Notes: generated from the letters alone by a model not told the origin. A DNA stretch of 64,000 bases from Nitrospiraceae bacterium (GCA_050246315.1 JBFWWG010000011.1:32001-96000), one strand, 5' to 3'. Counted from the first letter of the stretch, positions 1 to 12,239 are shown. A program made the numbers and translations.

Positions 1-363
1 TTCAGCGTCGACCAGTGTCCCGGGTGTGTACAGCCGGACTACTTCACGACGGACCAATCCCTTGGCCAATTTCGGATCTTCCACCTGGTCGCAGAGGGCG
101 ACCGTGCGGCCCGCTTTCAGAAGTTTGGCGATATACGTGGTCGCCGCGTGATAGGGCACCCCGCACAAGGGCACCGGATTGACACTATGTTTGTCACGCG
201 AGGTCAGCGCGATGTTCAGCAGCCGGGACGCCTCCTCCGCATCCTGGTGGAACATCTCATAGAAATCTCCGACGCGGAAAAAGAGAATGGCGTCCCGGTA
301 GGCCTCCTTGATTTCCCGATACTGCCGCATGAGCGGCGTTGAGTCGGCGCTATTCGTGATCAT
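1..363 (-). CDS. mutS: DNA mismatch repair protein MutS, N-terminal part (runs off window)
   Basis: Not in the ORF track. Manual minus-strand translation from ATG 363 gives [38 protein letters not shown]...[10 protein letters not shown]...TPGT, the MutS domain I signature. Confidence 0.95.
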   Translation of the reverse strand, partial: MITNSADSTPLMRQYREIKEAYRDAILFFRVGDFYEMFHQDAEEASRLLNIALTSRDKHSVNPVPLCGVPYHAATTYIAKLLKAGRTVALCDQVEDPKLAKGLVRREVVRLYTPGTLVDAE

Positions 364-694
364 GGTGCTCGCTCTCCATGGAATGACCGGATGCCGACGG
401 TTGGCGCAGCGCTTGCCCGAGGGAGGAACGGAGCCGTTCGAGATCGGCCTCCGTCTCTTGCAAGGCCTTGGTCTTGCGGCGGAGTTCGACGCGTCCCTGA
501 ATCCAAGCAGGGAACAGGAGAATGCCCGCCACCAGCACGCCGACGACGAAGGCCCACAGGATGGGTTTATAGATCGGCGTCGAAGCGAAGTGGAGACCGA
601 AGAGATAATGCAGGGTGACTTCCTGTTCCTGATTCTCAAGGAAAAAGGCGAGCATCATCAGCAGCAGCAGACCGACTAGGATCAGGCGGATCAT
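350..694 (-). CDS. LapA-family (lipopolysaccharide assembly protein A) membrane protein
   Basis: From ATG 694: TM helix, [12 protein letters not shown], second TM helix, then a coiled-coil tail, matching LapA architecture. Confidence 0.7.
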   Translation of the reverse strand: MIRLILVGLLLLMMLAFFLENQEQEVTLHYLFGLHFASTPIYKPILWAFVVGVLVAGILLFPAWIQGRVELRRKTKALQETEADLERLRSSLGQALRQPSASGHSMESEHHDHE

Positions 695-707
695 CGGACC
701 AGGTCTC

Positions 708-1319
708 CTACGAACGAACGGCGGTGCGGGACCGCCTTCGGCTGACTCTCGGCCGTGGCGGCGATGTACGTCGAATTGCAGCCAATCGGGCAAGCATCCG
801 TCGAGATTGTGGGCCGGTGGCCCGGCACAGGATGAGGCGCGTGTTCTTTGTTCGGTGGGAGATCGCGATCTCTACACGATCGGCCGGCAGTTTGGAGCCG
901 GCGTGTTCCGCCCATTCGACCGCGACCACCCAATCGCCGTCAAGATAGTCGGCCCATCCCACGTGGTCAAGTTCCTCTGGCGAGGCGAGCCGGTAGAGGT
1001 CGGCATGCGCGAGCGAAAGCCGCCCGCGATACTCCTGGATGAGGATAAATGTGGGGCTCGAGACGTCTTGCCGATTGGCGCCGAGTCCCGAGGCGAGTCC
1101 ACGGATGAAGGTCGTCTTGCCCGCGCCGAGTTCCCCAGTCAGCGCCAGTATCGATCCAGGGACGACACAGGCTGCCAGCCATTCGCCGATACGGGCCGTC
1201 TCACCCGGTGATCGGGACAGTCTGGTCCAACGTAGAGCCTGTTTGGCGGCAGCCGGCCCGACGGATGGCTGATCGAGGCGAGTTGACTTAGCTGATGTGC
1301 GAGAGTTGGCCGATGGCAT
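708..1319 (-). CDS. tsaE: tRNA threonylcarbamoyladenosine biosynthesis ATPase TsaE
   Basis: GELGAGKTT Walker A, SSPTF, HADLYRL and VEWA motifs. Start uncertain. Confidence 0.93.
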   Translation of the reverse strand: MPSANSRTSAKSTRLDQPSVGPAAAKQALRWTRLSRSPGETARIGEWLAACVVPGSILALTGELGAGKTTFIRGLASGLGANRQDVSSPTFILIQEYRGRLSLAHADLYRLASPEELDHVGWADYLDGDWVVAVEWAEHAGSKLPADRVEIAISHRTKNTRLILCRATGPQSRRMLARLAAIRRTSPPRPRVSRRRSRTAVRS

Positions 1320-2844
1320 ATGGAATCTGGTCGATCACATCACCGGCGATCATTCCCACCTGGCCATGTACCTGTGCGGCGAGGTCTCCGGCGAGACCGT
1401 GTAGGTAGGTGGCGGAACAGGCCGCGTCCCACGGGGACAACCCCTGTGCCACAAGCGAGACAATCATGCCGGTGAGCACGTCGCCGGTGCCGGCGGTTGC
1501 TAGACCGGGATTACCCGTTGGACAGATCGCGAGACGGCCTCCTTCGTCGGCCAAGAGTGTTCGCGCGCCCTTCAATACGACAAGACTCCCATGTGCAGCG
1601 GCGAAGGAAGAGGCCACCGAGATACGGTCGCGGTTGACCGCCTGCGCGTTATCAACTTTCACCAACCGAGCCATCTCTCCAGGATGGGGCGTCAGGATTA
1701 GCGGAGCCCGACAGCGGAGCAGAGATTCCGGGCGGTCGGCAACGGCATTTAACGCATCGGCGTCCAGCACACAGGGTTTCTCGATCAGTCCGAGCAGCCG
1801 ATGGATCAACTCGACGGTTTCCGGATGCGTCGAGAGCCCCGGTCCGATTGCGACTGCGGTTCGAGCGGCGACAAAGCCGGATATGAGGTCGAGGGCATTC
1901 ACACTGAACGTTCGATCGGCCGTATCAGGCACCGGATAGGTCATGGCTTCGAGTAGCTTGCTCTCCAGGACATCATTCACGCCTCTGGGTGTGGCGACTG
2001 TGACCAAGCCGGCTCCAGTCCGGAGCGCCGCCTTGGCCGCCAGAGCGGCCGCGCCGGTCTTGCCCGGCGATCCCGCGATGATTCCTGCGTGGCCGAACGT
2101 GCCCTTGTGCGACGAGGGTCTCCTGATTGGCAGGAGCCGCGCCACCGTTTCGGCGGTGAGGAGAGAGAGGGGAGCCTGAACGGCCTCGACATAATCGCCG
2201 GGTATGCCGATGTCAGCAATCCGCACCTCACCGGCATGGTCAATCCCCTCGTTCAGATACAGGCCGAGCTTGGGCAGGCCAAAGGTGACGGTGAGGTCGG
2301 CCCGTACGGTGTGGCTCAGGACGTGCCCCGTGTCTGTCTGGAGTCCGGAAGGCAGATCGACCGCGACGATCGGGCGGCCGGCTTGATTCAGAAGGTCGAT
2401 CACGGTGCCGTAGGTCCCGGTCACCGGAGAGGACAGTCCCGTGCCCAGCAACGCGTCTACGACCAGGTCGGACCAGGCCAGGCTGCCAGCGAGCTGCTCC
2501 GGAGAGGCGCTGGCGACGGTTGTCCGGCCGCCCGCGGTGCGCAGGAGGCGCCGGTACATGGTCTTGCTGTCGGATACCAGGTCCGTAATCGGATGGAACA
2601 GTAACACTCGGATCTGCGCCCGGCGTTTTGACAAGAGGCGTGCGACGACAAAGCCGTCTCCTCCGTTGTGCCCTTTGCCGCAGACGATGGTGACTCGTTT
2701 CCCCGTCAGGTCCCCGTAGCGAGAGGCCATGGCCTCAACGACCGCGGTTCCGGCTCGCTCCATTAAGACAAGGCTCGGGATCCCGCCTTCGCGGATCGTT
2801 CGCCGATCAAGCGCCTGCATCTGGGCCGCGGTGACGATCTTCAT
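1288..2844 (-). CDS. nnr: Bifunctional NAD(P)H-hydrate epimerase/dehydratase
   Basis: LMERAG, GKGHNGGDG, DALLGTG, DLPSG, LDADAL, TPHPGE and GTGDVL motifs. Confidence 0.95.
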   Translation of the reverse strand: MKIVTAAQMQALDRRTIREGGIPSLVLMERAGTAVVEAMASRYGDLTGKRVTIVCGKGHNGGDGFVVARLLSKRRAQIRVLLFHPITDLVSDSKTMYRRLLRTAGGRTTVASASPEQLAGSLAWSDLVVDALLGTGLSSPVTGTYGTVIDLLNQAGRPIVAVDLPSGLQTDTGHVLSHTVRADLTVTFGLPKLGLYLNEGIDHAGEVRIADIGIPGDYVEAVQAPLSLLTAETVARLLPIRRPSSHKGTFGHAGIIAGSPGKTGAAALAAKAALRTGAGLVTVATPRGVNDVLESKLLEAMTYPVPDTADRTFSVNALDLISGFVAARTAVAIGPGLSTHPETVELIHRLLGLIEKPCVLDADALNAVADRPESLLRCRAPLILTPHPGEMARLVKVDNAQAVNRDRISVASSFAAAHGSLVVLKGARTLLADEGGRLAICPTGNPGLATAGTGDVLTGMIVSLVAQGLSPWDAACSATYLHGLAGDLAAQVHGQVGMIAGDVIDQIPYAIGQLSHIS

Positions 2845-3000
2845 CCGAACCCTGCCTGATCACGGGCCGAGGTACTGCGAGGGGGCGAGGCTGTCGTGGC
2901 TTGTGCGATGAGGCATGCCATGAACCGAAGGCCCGATCGCCGCACGATGGATCGCATTGGGAGGTTGACGACCACCCGGGCCGTCAGGACTCGATCGTCG

Positions 3001-3714
3001 TCAGCGCACAAGGTCTTTCATCTCGCGGACCGCACGATCCAAGCCGACCATCAAGGCCCTGGCTACAATGCTGTGTCCGATATTGTATTCCACGATCTCC
3101 GGGATCTGCCGAAGGCGGCCGATATTGCGGTAGTTGAGTCCGTGTCCCGCATTCACGCCAAGCCCCAGCTTATAGGCGAGTTTGGCCGACTGCGCGAGGG
3201 CTTCGAATTCTGTCTGTTCCTCTTTCGCCCGCTTCGCATTGGCATAGCGTCCTGTGTGCAGTTCCACATAGTCTGCGGCGACTTTATGAGCCATTTTCAC
3301 ATGGTTGAGGTCGGGTTCGATGAAAAGGCTGACGGGGATGCCGCCTTCGTGAAGGAGGTGAATGACCTTCTCTACGCGATCGCGTTGCCCCACGATATCC
3401 AGCCCTCCCTCCGTCGTGAGTTCCTGGCGGCGTTCCGGTACCAGGGTGACGAGGTGGGGTTTCACGGAGAGGGCGATCTTGGCGATTGTGTCGTCCGCTG
3501 CCATCTCAAGGTCAAGCTTGGTCTTGATGATCTCCCGAAGCAGGGTGAGGTCACGGTCTTGGATATGGCGGCGATCCTCTCGCAGATGAACCACAATGCC
3601 GTCGGCGCCGGCCAGTTCCGCCAGCACAGCCGCCTCAATCGGGTCCGGTTCGCTGCCTCCCCGCGCTTGACGGAGCGTGGCCACATGATCGACATTGACT
3701 CCTAACCGTGCCAC
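3001..3714 (-). CDS. pdxJ: Pyridoxine 5'-phosphate synthase
   Basis: [31 protein letters not shown] and NIGHSI motifs. GTG 3714 is preceded by AGGAGG. Confidence 0.97.
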   Translation of the reverse strand: MARLGVNVDHVATLRQARGGSEPDPIEAAVLAELAGADGIVVHLREDRRHIQDRDLTLLREIIKTKLDLEMAADDTIAKIALSVKPHLVTLVPERRQELTTEGGLDIVGQRDRVEKVIHLLHEGGIPVSLFIEPDLNHVKMAHKVAADYVELHTGRYANAKRAKEEQTEFEALAQSAKLAYKLGLGVNAGHGLNYRNIGRLRQIPEIVEYNIGHSIVARALMVGLDRAVREMKDLVR

Positions 3715-3902
3715 AACACCTCCTGGATTCTTAGGTGTGAAAGCGCCCTCGGAAGGACTCCACGACAGTCGTGAGAGCCAGTTGGAAAGCGGGCGCATTA
3801 TGGCACAAGGACACCCCCTCTCGGCAAGCCGGTGATCCGTATCGCGTGGAATCGAGCGAGTCGGGCCGGTAATGGATGCTGCGGTGTAAGGTCTTGTGAA
3901 AA

Positions 3903-3931
3903 TTGACTATATCCCGTGGGTTCTCTAGAAT
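3903..3931 (+). promoter_or_regulatory. Sigma70-type promoter of the aminotransferase-hom-thrC operon
   Basis: TTGACT-N17-TAGAAT. Confidence 0.65.
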
Positions 3932-3987
3932 GACGCCTTCACGTGTCACTCCGGTCACCAGGATGAGGACTTTGCAGCGGCCTTACC

Positions 3988-5178
3988 ATGTTCGATAGCT
4001 TTCCGCGTCTCAAGCGATTACCTCCCTACGTCTTTGCTCAGGTCCAAACCCTCAAGCAAGAGGCCCGCCGCCGCGGGGAAGACATCATCGACTTTGGAAT
4101 GGGCAACCCGGACCAGCCGACGCCCTCGCATATTGTCGATAAGCTGGTCGAGGCTTCGCGGAAGGGGACGAATCACCGCTATTCGGCATCACGCGGCATC
4201 ACCAAGCTTCGGCATGCCATCACGGCCTGGTACCGTCGGAATTACGACGTGGACCTGGACCCTGAAACGGAGGCGATCGTCACAATCGGCTCTAAGGAAG
4301 GACTGGCGCATCTCGCCTTGGCGATGCTGGGACCGGGCGATGTCGTGTTGACGCCGACTCCGACCTATCCCATTCATATGTACAGCGTGATCATCGCGGG
4401 CGGAGAGGTTCGCGGCGTCTCGTTGCGCCATGACAGCGACTTTTTCTCAGATCTATTGCAGGCCTACAAGCAGACGCTGCCGCGGCCGAAGGTCTTGGTC
4501 ATCAACTTTCCGCACAATCCTACAACGGCGGTCGTGGATCTTGAGTTCTTCAAAAAGATCGTCGCGTTTGCCAAAGAACATCAACTGATCGTGATCCACG
4601 ACCTGGCCTACGCCGATATCGTGTTCGACGGGTACAAGGCCCCCAGCTTCCTCCAGATACCCGAGGCCAAGGAGGTGGGGGTGGAGTTCTACACCCTGTC
4701 CAAGAGTTATAACATGCCGGGATGGCGTGTCGGGTTCTGCGTCGGCAATCGAGACATCGTCGGGGCGCTGGGGAAGATCAAGAGCTACCTGGATTACGGA
4801 ATTTTCCAACCGTTGCAGATTGCGAGTATCATCGCGCTCAATGGTCCGCAAGAGTGCGTGAAGGAAACCGTCCAGCGGTATCAAAAGCGGCGCAACGTGC
4901 TGGTGAACGGGCTCAATCGAATCGGATGGGCGGTCGATCTGCCTCGGGCGACCATGTTCGTCTGGGCCAGGATTCCGCCGGCCTATCGCGCGATGGGGTC
5001 GTTGGAATTCTCCAAGCTGTTGTTGCGCGAGGCCAAGGTCGCCGTCTCGCCCGGCATCGGCTTCGGGGAGGGCGGGGACGAATACGTGCGGTTTGCGCTG
5101 GTCGAGAATGAGCACCGAACCCGGCAAGCGGTGCGAGGGATCAAGCGGGCGCTGAAGTTGGAAGGACCCGAGCCGTGA
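3988..5178 (+). CDS. alaC: PLP-dependent class I/II aminotransferase (AlaC-like)
   Basis: [26 protein letters not shown] and [12 protein letters not shown] (PLP lysine). Confidence 0.8.
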   Translation: MFDSFPRLKRLPPYVFAQVQTLKQEARRRGEDIIDFGMGNPDQPTPSHIVDKLVEASRKGTNHRYSASRGITKLRHAITAWYRRNYDVDLDPETEAIVTIGSKEGLAHLALAMLGPGDVVLTPTPTYPIHMYSVIIAGGEVRGVSLRHDSDFFSDLLQAYKQTLPRPKVLVINFPHNPTTAVVDLEFFKKIVAFAKEHQLIVIHDLAYADIVFDGYKAPSFLQIPEAKEVGVEFYTLSKSYNMPGWRVGFCVGNRDIVGALGKIKSYLDYGIFQPLQIASIIALNGPQECVKETVQRYQKRRNVLVNGLNRIGWAVDLPRATMFVWARIPPAYRAMGSLEFSKLLLREAKVAVSPGIGFGEGGDEYVRFALVENEHRTRQAVRGIKRALKLEGPEP

Positions 5179-6488
5179 AATCGCGCGTGGGAGTCGGCAT
5201 CATCGGATTGGGTACGGTGGGAACCGGCGTGGCCAGGATTCTGTTGGACAACGCGGGCCTGATCCGTCGACGCGTCGGGGTGCCGGTGGAGTTGATCCGG
5301 ATCGCGGACCTGGATGTGACGCGGGACCGCGGTCTGCCGTTCCCTGCCGGGATGCTGACGCAGGACAGCCGCCAGGTGCTGGACGATCCGGCAGTCGATA
5401 TTGTGGTGGAACTCATCGGTGGATACGACGCGGCGAAGCGCCTCATCCTCGATGCGATGGCCAAGGGCAAACAGGTGGTCACCGCAAACAAGGCCCTGCT
5501 GGCTGTGCACGGGGAAGAGCTGTATCAAGCGGCCGTCCGGCAGAAAGTGGAGTTGGCCTTCGAGGCCAGCGTGGGGGGAGGGATTCCCATCCTCCGCGCC
5601 CTGACCGAAGGGTTGGCGGCCAATCGCATCCTGTCGATCTACGGCATCATCAACGGGACCTCAAATTACATCCTGACCAGGATGACTCAGGAAGGACTGG
5701 GCTTCGAAGCGGTATTGGAGGAGGCCAAGGAGGCCGGCTACGCGGAAGCGGATCCGACCTTTGATGTGGAGGGGATCGATTCCGTCCACAAGCTTGCGAT
5801 CATGGTGTGCCTGGCCTATGGGACGCCGGTTGATGTCAAGGATATCTATACGGAAGGTATCACCAAGCTGACGCCCCTCGACATTGCATACGCGAAGGAG
5901 TTCGGCTACGTGATCAAGCTCCTTGGCATCGCCAAGTTGATGGATGGGGAGATTGAAGCGCGGGTGCATCCGACCATGATTCCGATTGCCTCTCCGATCG
6001 CCCAGGTGCATGGCGTCTATAACGCCATTCAAGTGGTCGGTGATGCGGTCGGTGATGTCATGCTCCATGGACGAGGCGCCGGCTCCATGCCGACCGGAAG
6101 TGCCGTGGTCAGTGATCTTCTGAGTATCGCGCGCAATCTGATCACAGGCGGGATCGGACGCGTGCCGGCTGCGTCGTTCCAGCCGGATCAACGGCGTCCC
6201 CTGCGCGTGCGGCCCATGGCCGACATTGAATCGCTCTATTACCTGCGGTTCATGGTCGTGGATCGTCCCGGCGTATTGTCGCAGATCGCGGGTGTGCTCG
6301 GCCAACACGGCATCAGTATTTCCTCTGTCCTGCAACAGGGGCGCAAAGAGGGGCAAACGGTTCCGGTGGTCATCCGGACACACCAGGCTGCCGAACGGTC
6401 CGTGCAAACCGCGTTGCGGGAAATCGGGCGGATGCCGTTCGTGTCGGAACCCCCGATGTTGATCCGCGTGGAAGGCCCGGACGAATAG
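5175..6488 (+). CDS. hom: Homoserine dehydrogenase with C-terminal ACT domain
   Basis: [28 protein letters not shown] and DRPGVL motifs. Confidence 0.96.
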   Translation: MKSRVGVGIIGLGTVGTGVARILLDNAGLIRRRVGVPVELIRIADLDVTRDRGLPFPAGMLTQDSRQVLDDPAVDIVVELIGGYDAAKRLILDAMAKGKQVVTANKALLAVHGEELYQAAVRQKVELAFEASVGGGIPILRALTEGLAANRILSIYGIINGTSNYILTRMTQEGLGFEAVLEEAKEAGYAEADPTFDVEGIDSVHKLAIMVCLAYGTPVDVKDIYTEGITKLTPLDIAYAKEFGYVIKLLGIAKLMDGEIEARVHPTMIPIASPIAQVHGVYNAIQVVGDAVGDVMLHGRGAGSMPTGSAVVSDLLSIARNLITGGIGRVPAASFQPDQRRPLRVRPMADIESLYYLRFMVVDRPGVLSQIAGVLGQHGISISSVLQQGRKEGQTVPVVIRTHQAAERSVQTALREIGRMPFVSEPPMLIRVEGPDE

Positions 6489-6533
6489 GACGCGACCGTC
6501 CCTCGACCTGCTCCACATGAAAGTTTGACGGAC

Positions 6534-7592
6534 ATGCCTCGCTGGCGCGGCCTCATCGAAGAATACCGAAAATTCCTTCCCGTCACGGATCGCACCCCTG
6601 TGATCACATTGGGAGAAGGGAATACCCCGCTCGTTGAAGCCAGCCGACTGGCCGCACGAGTGGCGCCCGGCTGCCGCATCCATCTGAAGTTCGAAGGGGC
6701 CAATCCGACAGGTTCGTTCAAGGATCGCGGCATGACCTTGGCGATCTCGAAGGCGGTCGAGGCTGGATCCAAGGCGGTGATCTGCGCTTCCACCGGCAAC
6801 ACGTCGGCCTCCGCCTCGGCCTACGGCGCGCGTGCCGGCCTCGCCGTCTATGTGCTCATACCGGCCGGCAAGATCGCGCTCGGGAAACTTTCACAGGCGA
6901 TGATGCACCATGCGGTGGTGATCCAGATCGAGGGGAATTTTGATCAGGCTTTGACGATCGTGAAGGAGCTGGCGGCGACGCAGCCCATTGAATTGGTGAA
7001 TTCCATCAATCCGTTCCGGATCGAGGGCCAAAAGACCGCTGCCATGGAGATCTGTGATCAGTTAGGGGAGGCCCCGACGATCCATGCGTTGCCGGTGGGC
7101 AATGCCGGCAATATCACGGCCTATTGGCGCGGCTATTGTGAGTATCACCGTGCAGGACAAACGACGCGCCGCCCGCGCATGGTTGGGTTTCAGGCGGCGG
7201 GCGCGGCGCCGATTGTGCTCGGCCGGGTCGTCGAGCAGCCGCAAACGATTGCCACAGCCATCCGAATCGGCAACCCGGCCAGCTGGCAGGGGGCCCTCAC
7301 GGCGGTCGAGGAGTCCTCGGGATTAATCGATATGGTGACCGATGAAGAAATACTGGACGCATACAAGCTGGTAGCCCGTGAGGAGGGGGTGTTCTGCGAG
7401 CCGGCTTCGGCCGCCTCTGTGGCCGGAGTGGCCAAACTGTGGCGGAACAGGGCGCTGCCGGATGGGGCGGTGGTCGTCTGCACGCTGACCGGCCATGGGC
7501 TCAAGGACCCAGACACCGCCATGGGCGTGTCTGTTCAGCCGGTGACGGTCAAGGCCAACCGTGAGGAGGTTGTCCGGTTGCTCCGGTTGTAA
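6534..7592 (+). CDS. thrC: Threonine synthase
   Basis: [35 protein letters not shown] and TGHGLKD motifs. Confidence 0.96.
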   Translation: MPRWRGLIEEYRKFLPVTDRTPVITLGEGNTPLVEASRLAARVAPGCRIHLKFEGANPTGSFKDRGMTLAISKAVEAGSKAVICASTGNTSASASAYGARAGLAVYVLIPAGKIALGKLSQAMMHHAVVIQIEGNFDQALTIVKELAATQPIELVNSINPFRIEGQKTAAMEICDQLGEAPTIHALPVGNAGNITAYWRGYCEYHRAGQTTRRPRMVGFQAAGAAPIVLGRVVEQPQTIATAIRIGNPASWQGALTAVEESSGLIDMVTDEEILDAYKLVAREEGVFCEPASAASVAGVAKLWRNRALPDGAVVVCTLTGHGLKDPDTAMGVSVQPVTVKANREEVVRLLRL

Positions 7593-7612
7593 GAGACAGC
7601 GGATTGCCGCAC

Positions 7613-8857
7613 ATGAAATATCTGATACTTCACGCGGAGGGATTTGCAGACGGCCCGCAGCCGGCACTCGCGGGCAAATCGGTGCTGGAAGTGGCCAAGA
7701 CGCCTCATCTCGATCGCATCGCCCGCTGCGGTGAATTCGGATGGGCGACGATTCCTTCCGAAGGGATGGCGCCGACCGGTGAGCTGACCGGGCTCACGAT
7801 TCTCGGATACGATCCGCATAAGTACTCAACGGGCCCGGCGCCGTTGGAGGCCGCAGGGCTTGGCATCTCGGTGGGGGAGCAGGATGTCGTGTATCGGTGC
7901 AGCCTGGTCACGTTGCGGGCCGACCATCAGACGGCCGGCCGTGCAAATTCCACCGATCCCAAGAAGCTGAGTCCGCAGGCGGTGTTGGAGGACGCCAGAG
8001 CGGGCAACATTGAGACCGATGAGGCCCGTGAGTTGATCGACGCCCTCAATGAGCAAGTAGGGTCGGAGACCATTCAGTTTTATCCTGGCGGTCGCCACGA
8101 ACATTTCATGGTTTGGGTCAATGGGAAGGCCCGAGCCGTCTGTCACAATCCGAAATCTGTGGAAGGACACCAGATCGGGGAGTATCTGCCCAACGGGGAT
8201 GGTGCGGACATTCTCCGCAAGCTGATGGATGCCTCGATGATGATTTTGCGCGATCATCCCGTGAATGCAGAACGGCGCGAGGCCGGCTTAAAGGCAGCCA
8301 ACTGCCTCTGGTTGTGGGGACAAGGACGCGCCCCCCTGTGGCCGCCGATCACGGAACGGTTCGGGATTACCGGTTCGATGGTCGCCATGAGCACCCTGCA
8401 CCGTGGACTAGGCATTTGTGCGGGATTGGAAGTGGTCGAGTTGGATGGGGCGCAGGAAGGCCTGGCCGAATTGCCGCTGCTCCGGCAAAGCGTGCTGACG
8501 GAATTGTCACGGAAGGACTTGGTCTATCTTCACGTGAGGTTAGCTGACCTGACCGTGGCAGAATCGGACGAAGGAGGCAAGGCCAAGGGGGTGTCGGCGT
8601 TTGATTATGACGTGGTTGGACCGCTGTTGGAGGCGCTCACGCAGAATGGGCCGTCCCGTCTGCTGGTGGTTTGCGACCGGTCGGAATCCTTGACCGAGCA
8701 AAAGCCTCTCCACTATCAAGCGCTCACGGCGCTACTGGATACGTCGCGACCCGGCGAAGAGACATCGGGCATCGGGTTCGACGAGGCCCATGCGAGTCGA
8801 CGGGGGGTGCCTCCCCGTGACGGGTTGCGATTGCTCGTGCGGTTGTTGAAGCGGTAG
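7613..8857 (+). CDS. ApgM-like (cofactor-independent phosphoglycerate mutase fold) protein with degenerate active site
   Basis: [38 protein letters not shown] and [10 protein letters not shown] are family motifs, but several catalytic positions are altered. Confidence 0.8.
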   Translation: MKYLILHAEGFADGPQPALAGKSVLEVAKTPHLDRIARCGEFGWATIPSEGMAPTGELTGLTILGYDPHKYSTGPAPLEAAGLGISVGEQDVVYRCSLVTLRADHQTAGRANSTDPKKLSPQAVLEDARAGNIETDEARELIDALNEQVGSETIQFYPGGRHEHFMVWVNGKARAVCHNPKSVEGHQIGEYLPNGDGADILRKLMDASMMILRDHPVNAERREAGLKAANCLWLWGQGRAPLWPPITERFGITGSMVAMSTLHRGLGICAGLEVVELDGAQEGLAELPLLRQSVLTELSRKDLVYLHVRLADLTVAESDEGGKAKGVSAFDYDVVGPLLEALTQNGPSRLLVVCDRSESLTEQKPLHYQALTALLDTSRPGEETSGIGFDEAHASRRGVPPRDGLRLLVRLLKR

Positions 8858-8862
8858 GAACG

Positions 8863-10092
8863 ATGGCGTTGGTCGTCCATAAATACGGCGGTACGTCGGT
8901 CGGCACGGTGGACCGGATCCATCGAGTGGCGGAACGGGTGGCCAAGGCCAAAGCTGATGGCCACGACGTGGTGGTGGTGCTGTCCGCGATGAGCGGAGAA
9001 ACCGATCGATTGATCCGTCTCGCCATGGAAGTGACCGCGCATCCGGACGAGCGGGAACTGGACGTGTTGCTCTCGACCGGAGAGCGCGTCACAATCGCGC
9101 TGCTCGCGATGGAGTTGCAGGGACGAGGAATCAATGCCCGCTCCTACACGGGGCGACAGGTCGGGATCATGACGGACAGCTCCCACACCAAGGCGCGCAT
9201 CACGAGGGTGACGGCCGAGCGAATCAAAGAAGCCATCACGGAGGGGGTCATACCGATCGTCGCGGGGTTCCAGGGGATCAATGCGCGATCCGACGTGACG
9301 ACACTGGGCCGCGGCGGTTCGGACTTGACGGCTGTCGCATTGGCCGGCGCGCTGAAGGCGGACCGGTGCATAATATTCACGGACGTTGACGGGGTGTACA
9401 CCGCCGATCCCAATATTGTACCGGCGGCCAGGCGGCTGGATCGGGTGTCCTATGAGGAGATGCTGGAATTGGCGAGCCTCGGCGCGAAAGTGCTTCAGAG
9501 CCGGTCGGTCGAGTTTGCGGCGAAATTCAACGTGCCGGTGGAGGTGCAGTCGAGCTTCACAGAGGGAAAGGGGACGCTCGTGACGCGTGAAGACGAAGAT
9601 ATGGAACGTGTCATGGTCTCGGGTGTGAGCGGAGACCGCAATCAAGCCAAGCTCACAATCGTCGGGGTGCCGGACCGCCCTGGGATCGCGGCCAAGATTT
9701 TTGGGCCGGTGGCCGAATCCGGTATCGTGGTCGACATGATCATCCAGAACGTGAGTCAGGGTTCCCTGACGGACATTTCCTTCACCGTCCCGCGTGCGGA
9801 CCTGGTCAAAGCCGTTGATCTGGTTCAGCGAATTGCCAAGGAGATTGATGCCAAATCCGTTGCGGTAACGGAAGCGATCGCCAAGGTCTCGCTAGTGGGG
9901 GTGGGGATGCGCTCTCATTCCGGCGTGGCCGCCAAGATGTTCGAGGTGTTGTCTCGAGAACGGATCAACATCATGATGATCAGCACCTCGGAAATCAAAA
10001 TTTCCTGTGTGGTTGAGGAAAAATACATGGAGTTGGCGATGCGCGCCCTGCACTCGGCCTTCGGGCTGGATGTGGCGCGTGTCGGTGCCTGA
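8863..10092 (+). CDS. lysC: Aspartate kinase
   Basis: [26 protein letters not shown], two ACT domains and STSEIKIS. Confidence 0.97.
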   Translation: MALVVHKYGGTSVGTVDRIHRVAERVAKAKADGHDVVVVLSAMSGETDRLIRLAMEVTAHPDERELDVLLSTGERVTIALLAMELQGRGINARSYTGRQVGIMTDSSHTKARITRVTAERIKEAITEGVIPIVAGFQGINARSDVTTLGRGGSDLTAVALAGALKADRCIIFTDVDGVYTADPNIVPAARRLDRVSYEEMLELASLGAKVLQSRSVEFAAKFNVPVEVQSSFTEGKGTLVTREDEDMERVMVSGVSGDRNQAKLTIVGVPDRPGIAAKIFGPVAESGIVVDMIIQNVSQGSLTDISFTVPRADLVKAVDLVQRIAKEIDAKSVAVTEAIAKVSLVGVGMRSHSGVAAKMFEVLSRERINIMMISTSEIKISCVVEEKYMELAMRALHSAFGLDVARVGA

Positions 10093-10166
10093 AGGATCAT
10101 CCGAAGCGGCCTGGTACTCGGCATCCTTCGCACGGTACACTGAGTCGCCAGCATGGAGTCACGAAC

Positions 10167-11813
10167 ATGGCCCGTTCGACGCGACCACGAACCCATCATG
10201 TGCAGCCTCTGAAGCTGGCAGAGGAGACCGCGAGGCCTCGTTCGAGTGTTGAGATTTACGACACGACGCTTCGGGACGGCGCCCAGTCAGAGGATGTCAG
10301 TTTCTCCGCCGACGACAAGGTGCTGGTCGCGCGGAAGCTGGATGAGCTGGGCGTGGATTTCATTGAAGGAGGCTGGCCCGGCGCCAATCCCAAGGACATC
10401 GAGTTCTTTCGCCAGATCAAAACCGTCCCGTTGAGCCACGCCACCGTCGTCGCCTTCGGGTCCACCAGGAAGGCCAGCAATTCCGTAAGGAAGGATCCGA
10501 ACATTCAGGCTTTGTTGGCGGCAGAGACCAGCACGATCACGATATTCGGAAAAAGCTGGCCATTGCATGTGACTGACGCGCTTGGAATTTCCCTGTCGAA
10601 GAATTTGGAGCTGATCGGCGACTCGATCGAGCACTTGCGTTCGAAGGGGCGGCAGGTCTTCTACGATGCGGAGCATTTCTTCGACGGGTACAAGATGGAT
10701 CCCGACTATGCCCTCGCCACTCTGCAGCGGGCGGTTGAGGCGGGAGCACAACGGATCATTCTCTGCGACACCAACGGCGGCACGATGCCCTGGGAGGTTC
10801 GGGACATGTGTCGCAGTGTCCGGCAAGCCCTCGATGTGCCCTTGGGTATCCATGCGCACAACGACTGCGAGATGGCGGTGGCGAATTCCATCATGGCCTT
10901 GGAGACCGGTGTGCGGCAGGTCCAGGGAACGATCAACGGCATCGGCGAGCGCTGCGGCAACGCCAACCTCTGTTCGATCCTGCCGAATCTGCAATTGAAG
11001 ATGCGCCAGCCGGTGCTGGGGGAGCGCATGGCCCGACTGCGGGAGGTCTCGCATTTTGTCGCCGAAATCGCGAATCTGGTGCCGGACAAGCATCAACCCT
11101 ATGTCGGAGATGCGGCCTTTGCCCACAAGGGCGGCGTGCATATCCATGCGGTGCAGAAGAATTCCGCCACCTACGAGCATGTGCGGCCGGATCGCGTGGG
11201 CAATCGACAACGGTTTCTGGTATCGGATTATGGAGGGCGGAGTGGGTTGCTCGCCAAAGCAGAAGCGTTTGGGATTGCATTGGATCGTGATCATGCGAAG
11301 GTGCATGAACTCGTCAGCATCCTCAAGGAGCGCGAGAATGCCGGGTATCAGTATGAGGGGGCGGAAGGATCGTTTGAATTGCTGGTTCGGACCGCGCTGG
11401 GGACACACCAGCCTTCCTTTCGATTGTTGGGATTCCGGGTCATTGTCGAGCAGAGCGAGGCTGATCAGGAGCCTCGGTCCGAGGCCACGGTCATGGTCCA
11501 AGTGGGACAGGAGATCGAACATACTGCGGCAATCGGCAAAGGGCCGGTCAATGCGCTGGATCATGCCTTGAGGAAAGCCCTTGAGAAGTTCTACCCGGAA
11601 CTGAAAGAAGTACGTCTGTTGGACTACAAGGTTCGAGTCCTGACGGCAAGCCAGGGGACCGATGCCAAGGTGCGGGTGCTCATCGAGTCCGGAGATCACA
11701 AGGAAAAATGGGGCACTGTCGGGGTGTCAGAGAACATCATGGAGGCCAGTTGGCAGGCGCTCGCCGACGGGATTGAGTACAAACTGCTGCGGCGGGATCG
11801 AGTGTCCACCTGA
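10167..11813 (+). CDS. cimA: Citramalate synthase
   Basis: YDTTLRDG, EGGWPGANPKD, DAEHFFDG, HAHND, FAHKGG and GPVNALD motifs. Confidence 0.92.
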   Translation: MARSTRPRTHHVQPLKLAEETARPRSSVEIYDTTLRDGAQSEDVSFSADDKVLVARKLDELGVDFIEGGWPGANPKDIEFFRQIKTVPLSHATVVAFGSTRKASNSVRKDPNIQALLAAETSTITIFGKSWPLHVTDALGISLSKNLELIGDSIEHLRSKGRQVFYDAEHFFDGYKMDPDYALATLQRAVEAGAQRIILCDTNGGTMPWEVRDMCRSVRQALDVPLGIHAHNDCEMAVANSIMALETGVRQVQGTINGIGERCGNANLCSILPNLQLKMRQPVLGERMARLREVSHFVAEIANLVPDKHQPYVGDAAFAHKGGVHIHAVQKNSATYEHVRPDRVGNRQRFLVSDYGGRSGLLAKAEAFGIALDRDHAKVHELVSILKERENAGYQYEGAEGSFELLVRTALGTHQPSFRLLGFRVIVEQSEADQEPRSEATVMVQVGQEIEHTAAIGKGPVNALDHALRKALEKFYPELKEVRLLDYKVRVLTASQGTDAKVRVLIESGDHKEKWGTVGVSENIMEASWQALADGIEYKLLRRDRVST

Positions 11814-11843
11814 CTTTGGTTGAGCGAAGAGTCGAACTACAGC

Positions 11844-11872
11844 TTGACAGGCTCGATAACCTCGCGTAACTT
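11844..11872 (+). promoter_or_regulatory. Sigma70-type promoter of ihfA-merR
   Basis: TTGACA-N17-TAACTT. Confidence 0.6.
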
Positions 11873-11963
11873 ATGCAAAATTCATCTCCGTCTTCTTGAG
11901 CTGCATTCCGCCCTGCGGATCACGTTCGTGTGAGACTATCCAGAACCGGCTGCCGGAGGTCGC

Positions 11964-12239
11964 ATGAGAAAGTCCGACATCGCGAATGAGATCTTCAAAC
12001 AGGTCGGCATCCCGAAGAATGATGCCGCCGACATTGTTGAGCTCATCCTGAATTTGCTGAAGTCGGTGCTTCAGAAAGGTGAATCTGTCAAGATCGCTGG
12101 TTTTGGAAACTTCATCGTACGAAGCAAGGGACCGCGGAAAGGACGGAATCCGCGTACTGGCGAAGAGATCGGCATTACGCCCCGTCGAGTCGTCACCTTC
12201 CGGCCTAGCCAAGTGTTCAAGAAATACGTGAACTCCTAG
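11964..12239 (+). CDS. ihfA: Integration host factor alpha subunit
   Basis: VKIAGFGNF, GRNPRTGE and RRVVTFRPS motifs; conserved ihfA-merR-tRNA-Pro order. Confidence 0.9.
   Translation: MRKSDIANEIFKQVGIPKNDAADIVELILNLLKSVLQKGESVKIAGFGNFIVRSKGPRKGRNPRTGEEIGITPRRVVTFRPSQVFKKYVNS

Noticed and set aside
5661..6683. 340-aa antisense ORF
   Set aside because: Shadow of hom and thrC.
10287..11699. 470-aa antisense ORF
   Set aside because: Shadow of cimA with no motifs; expected in GC-rich coding DNA.
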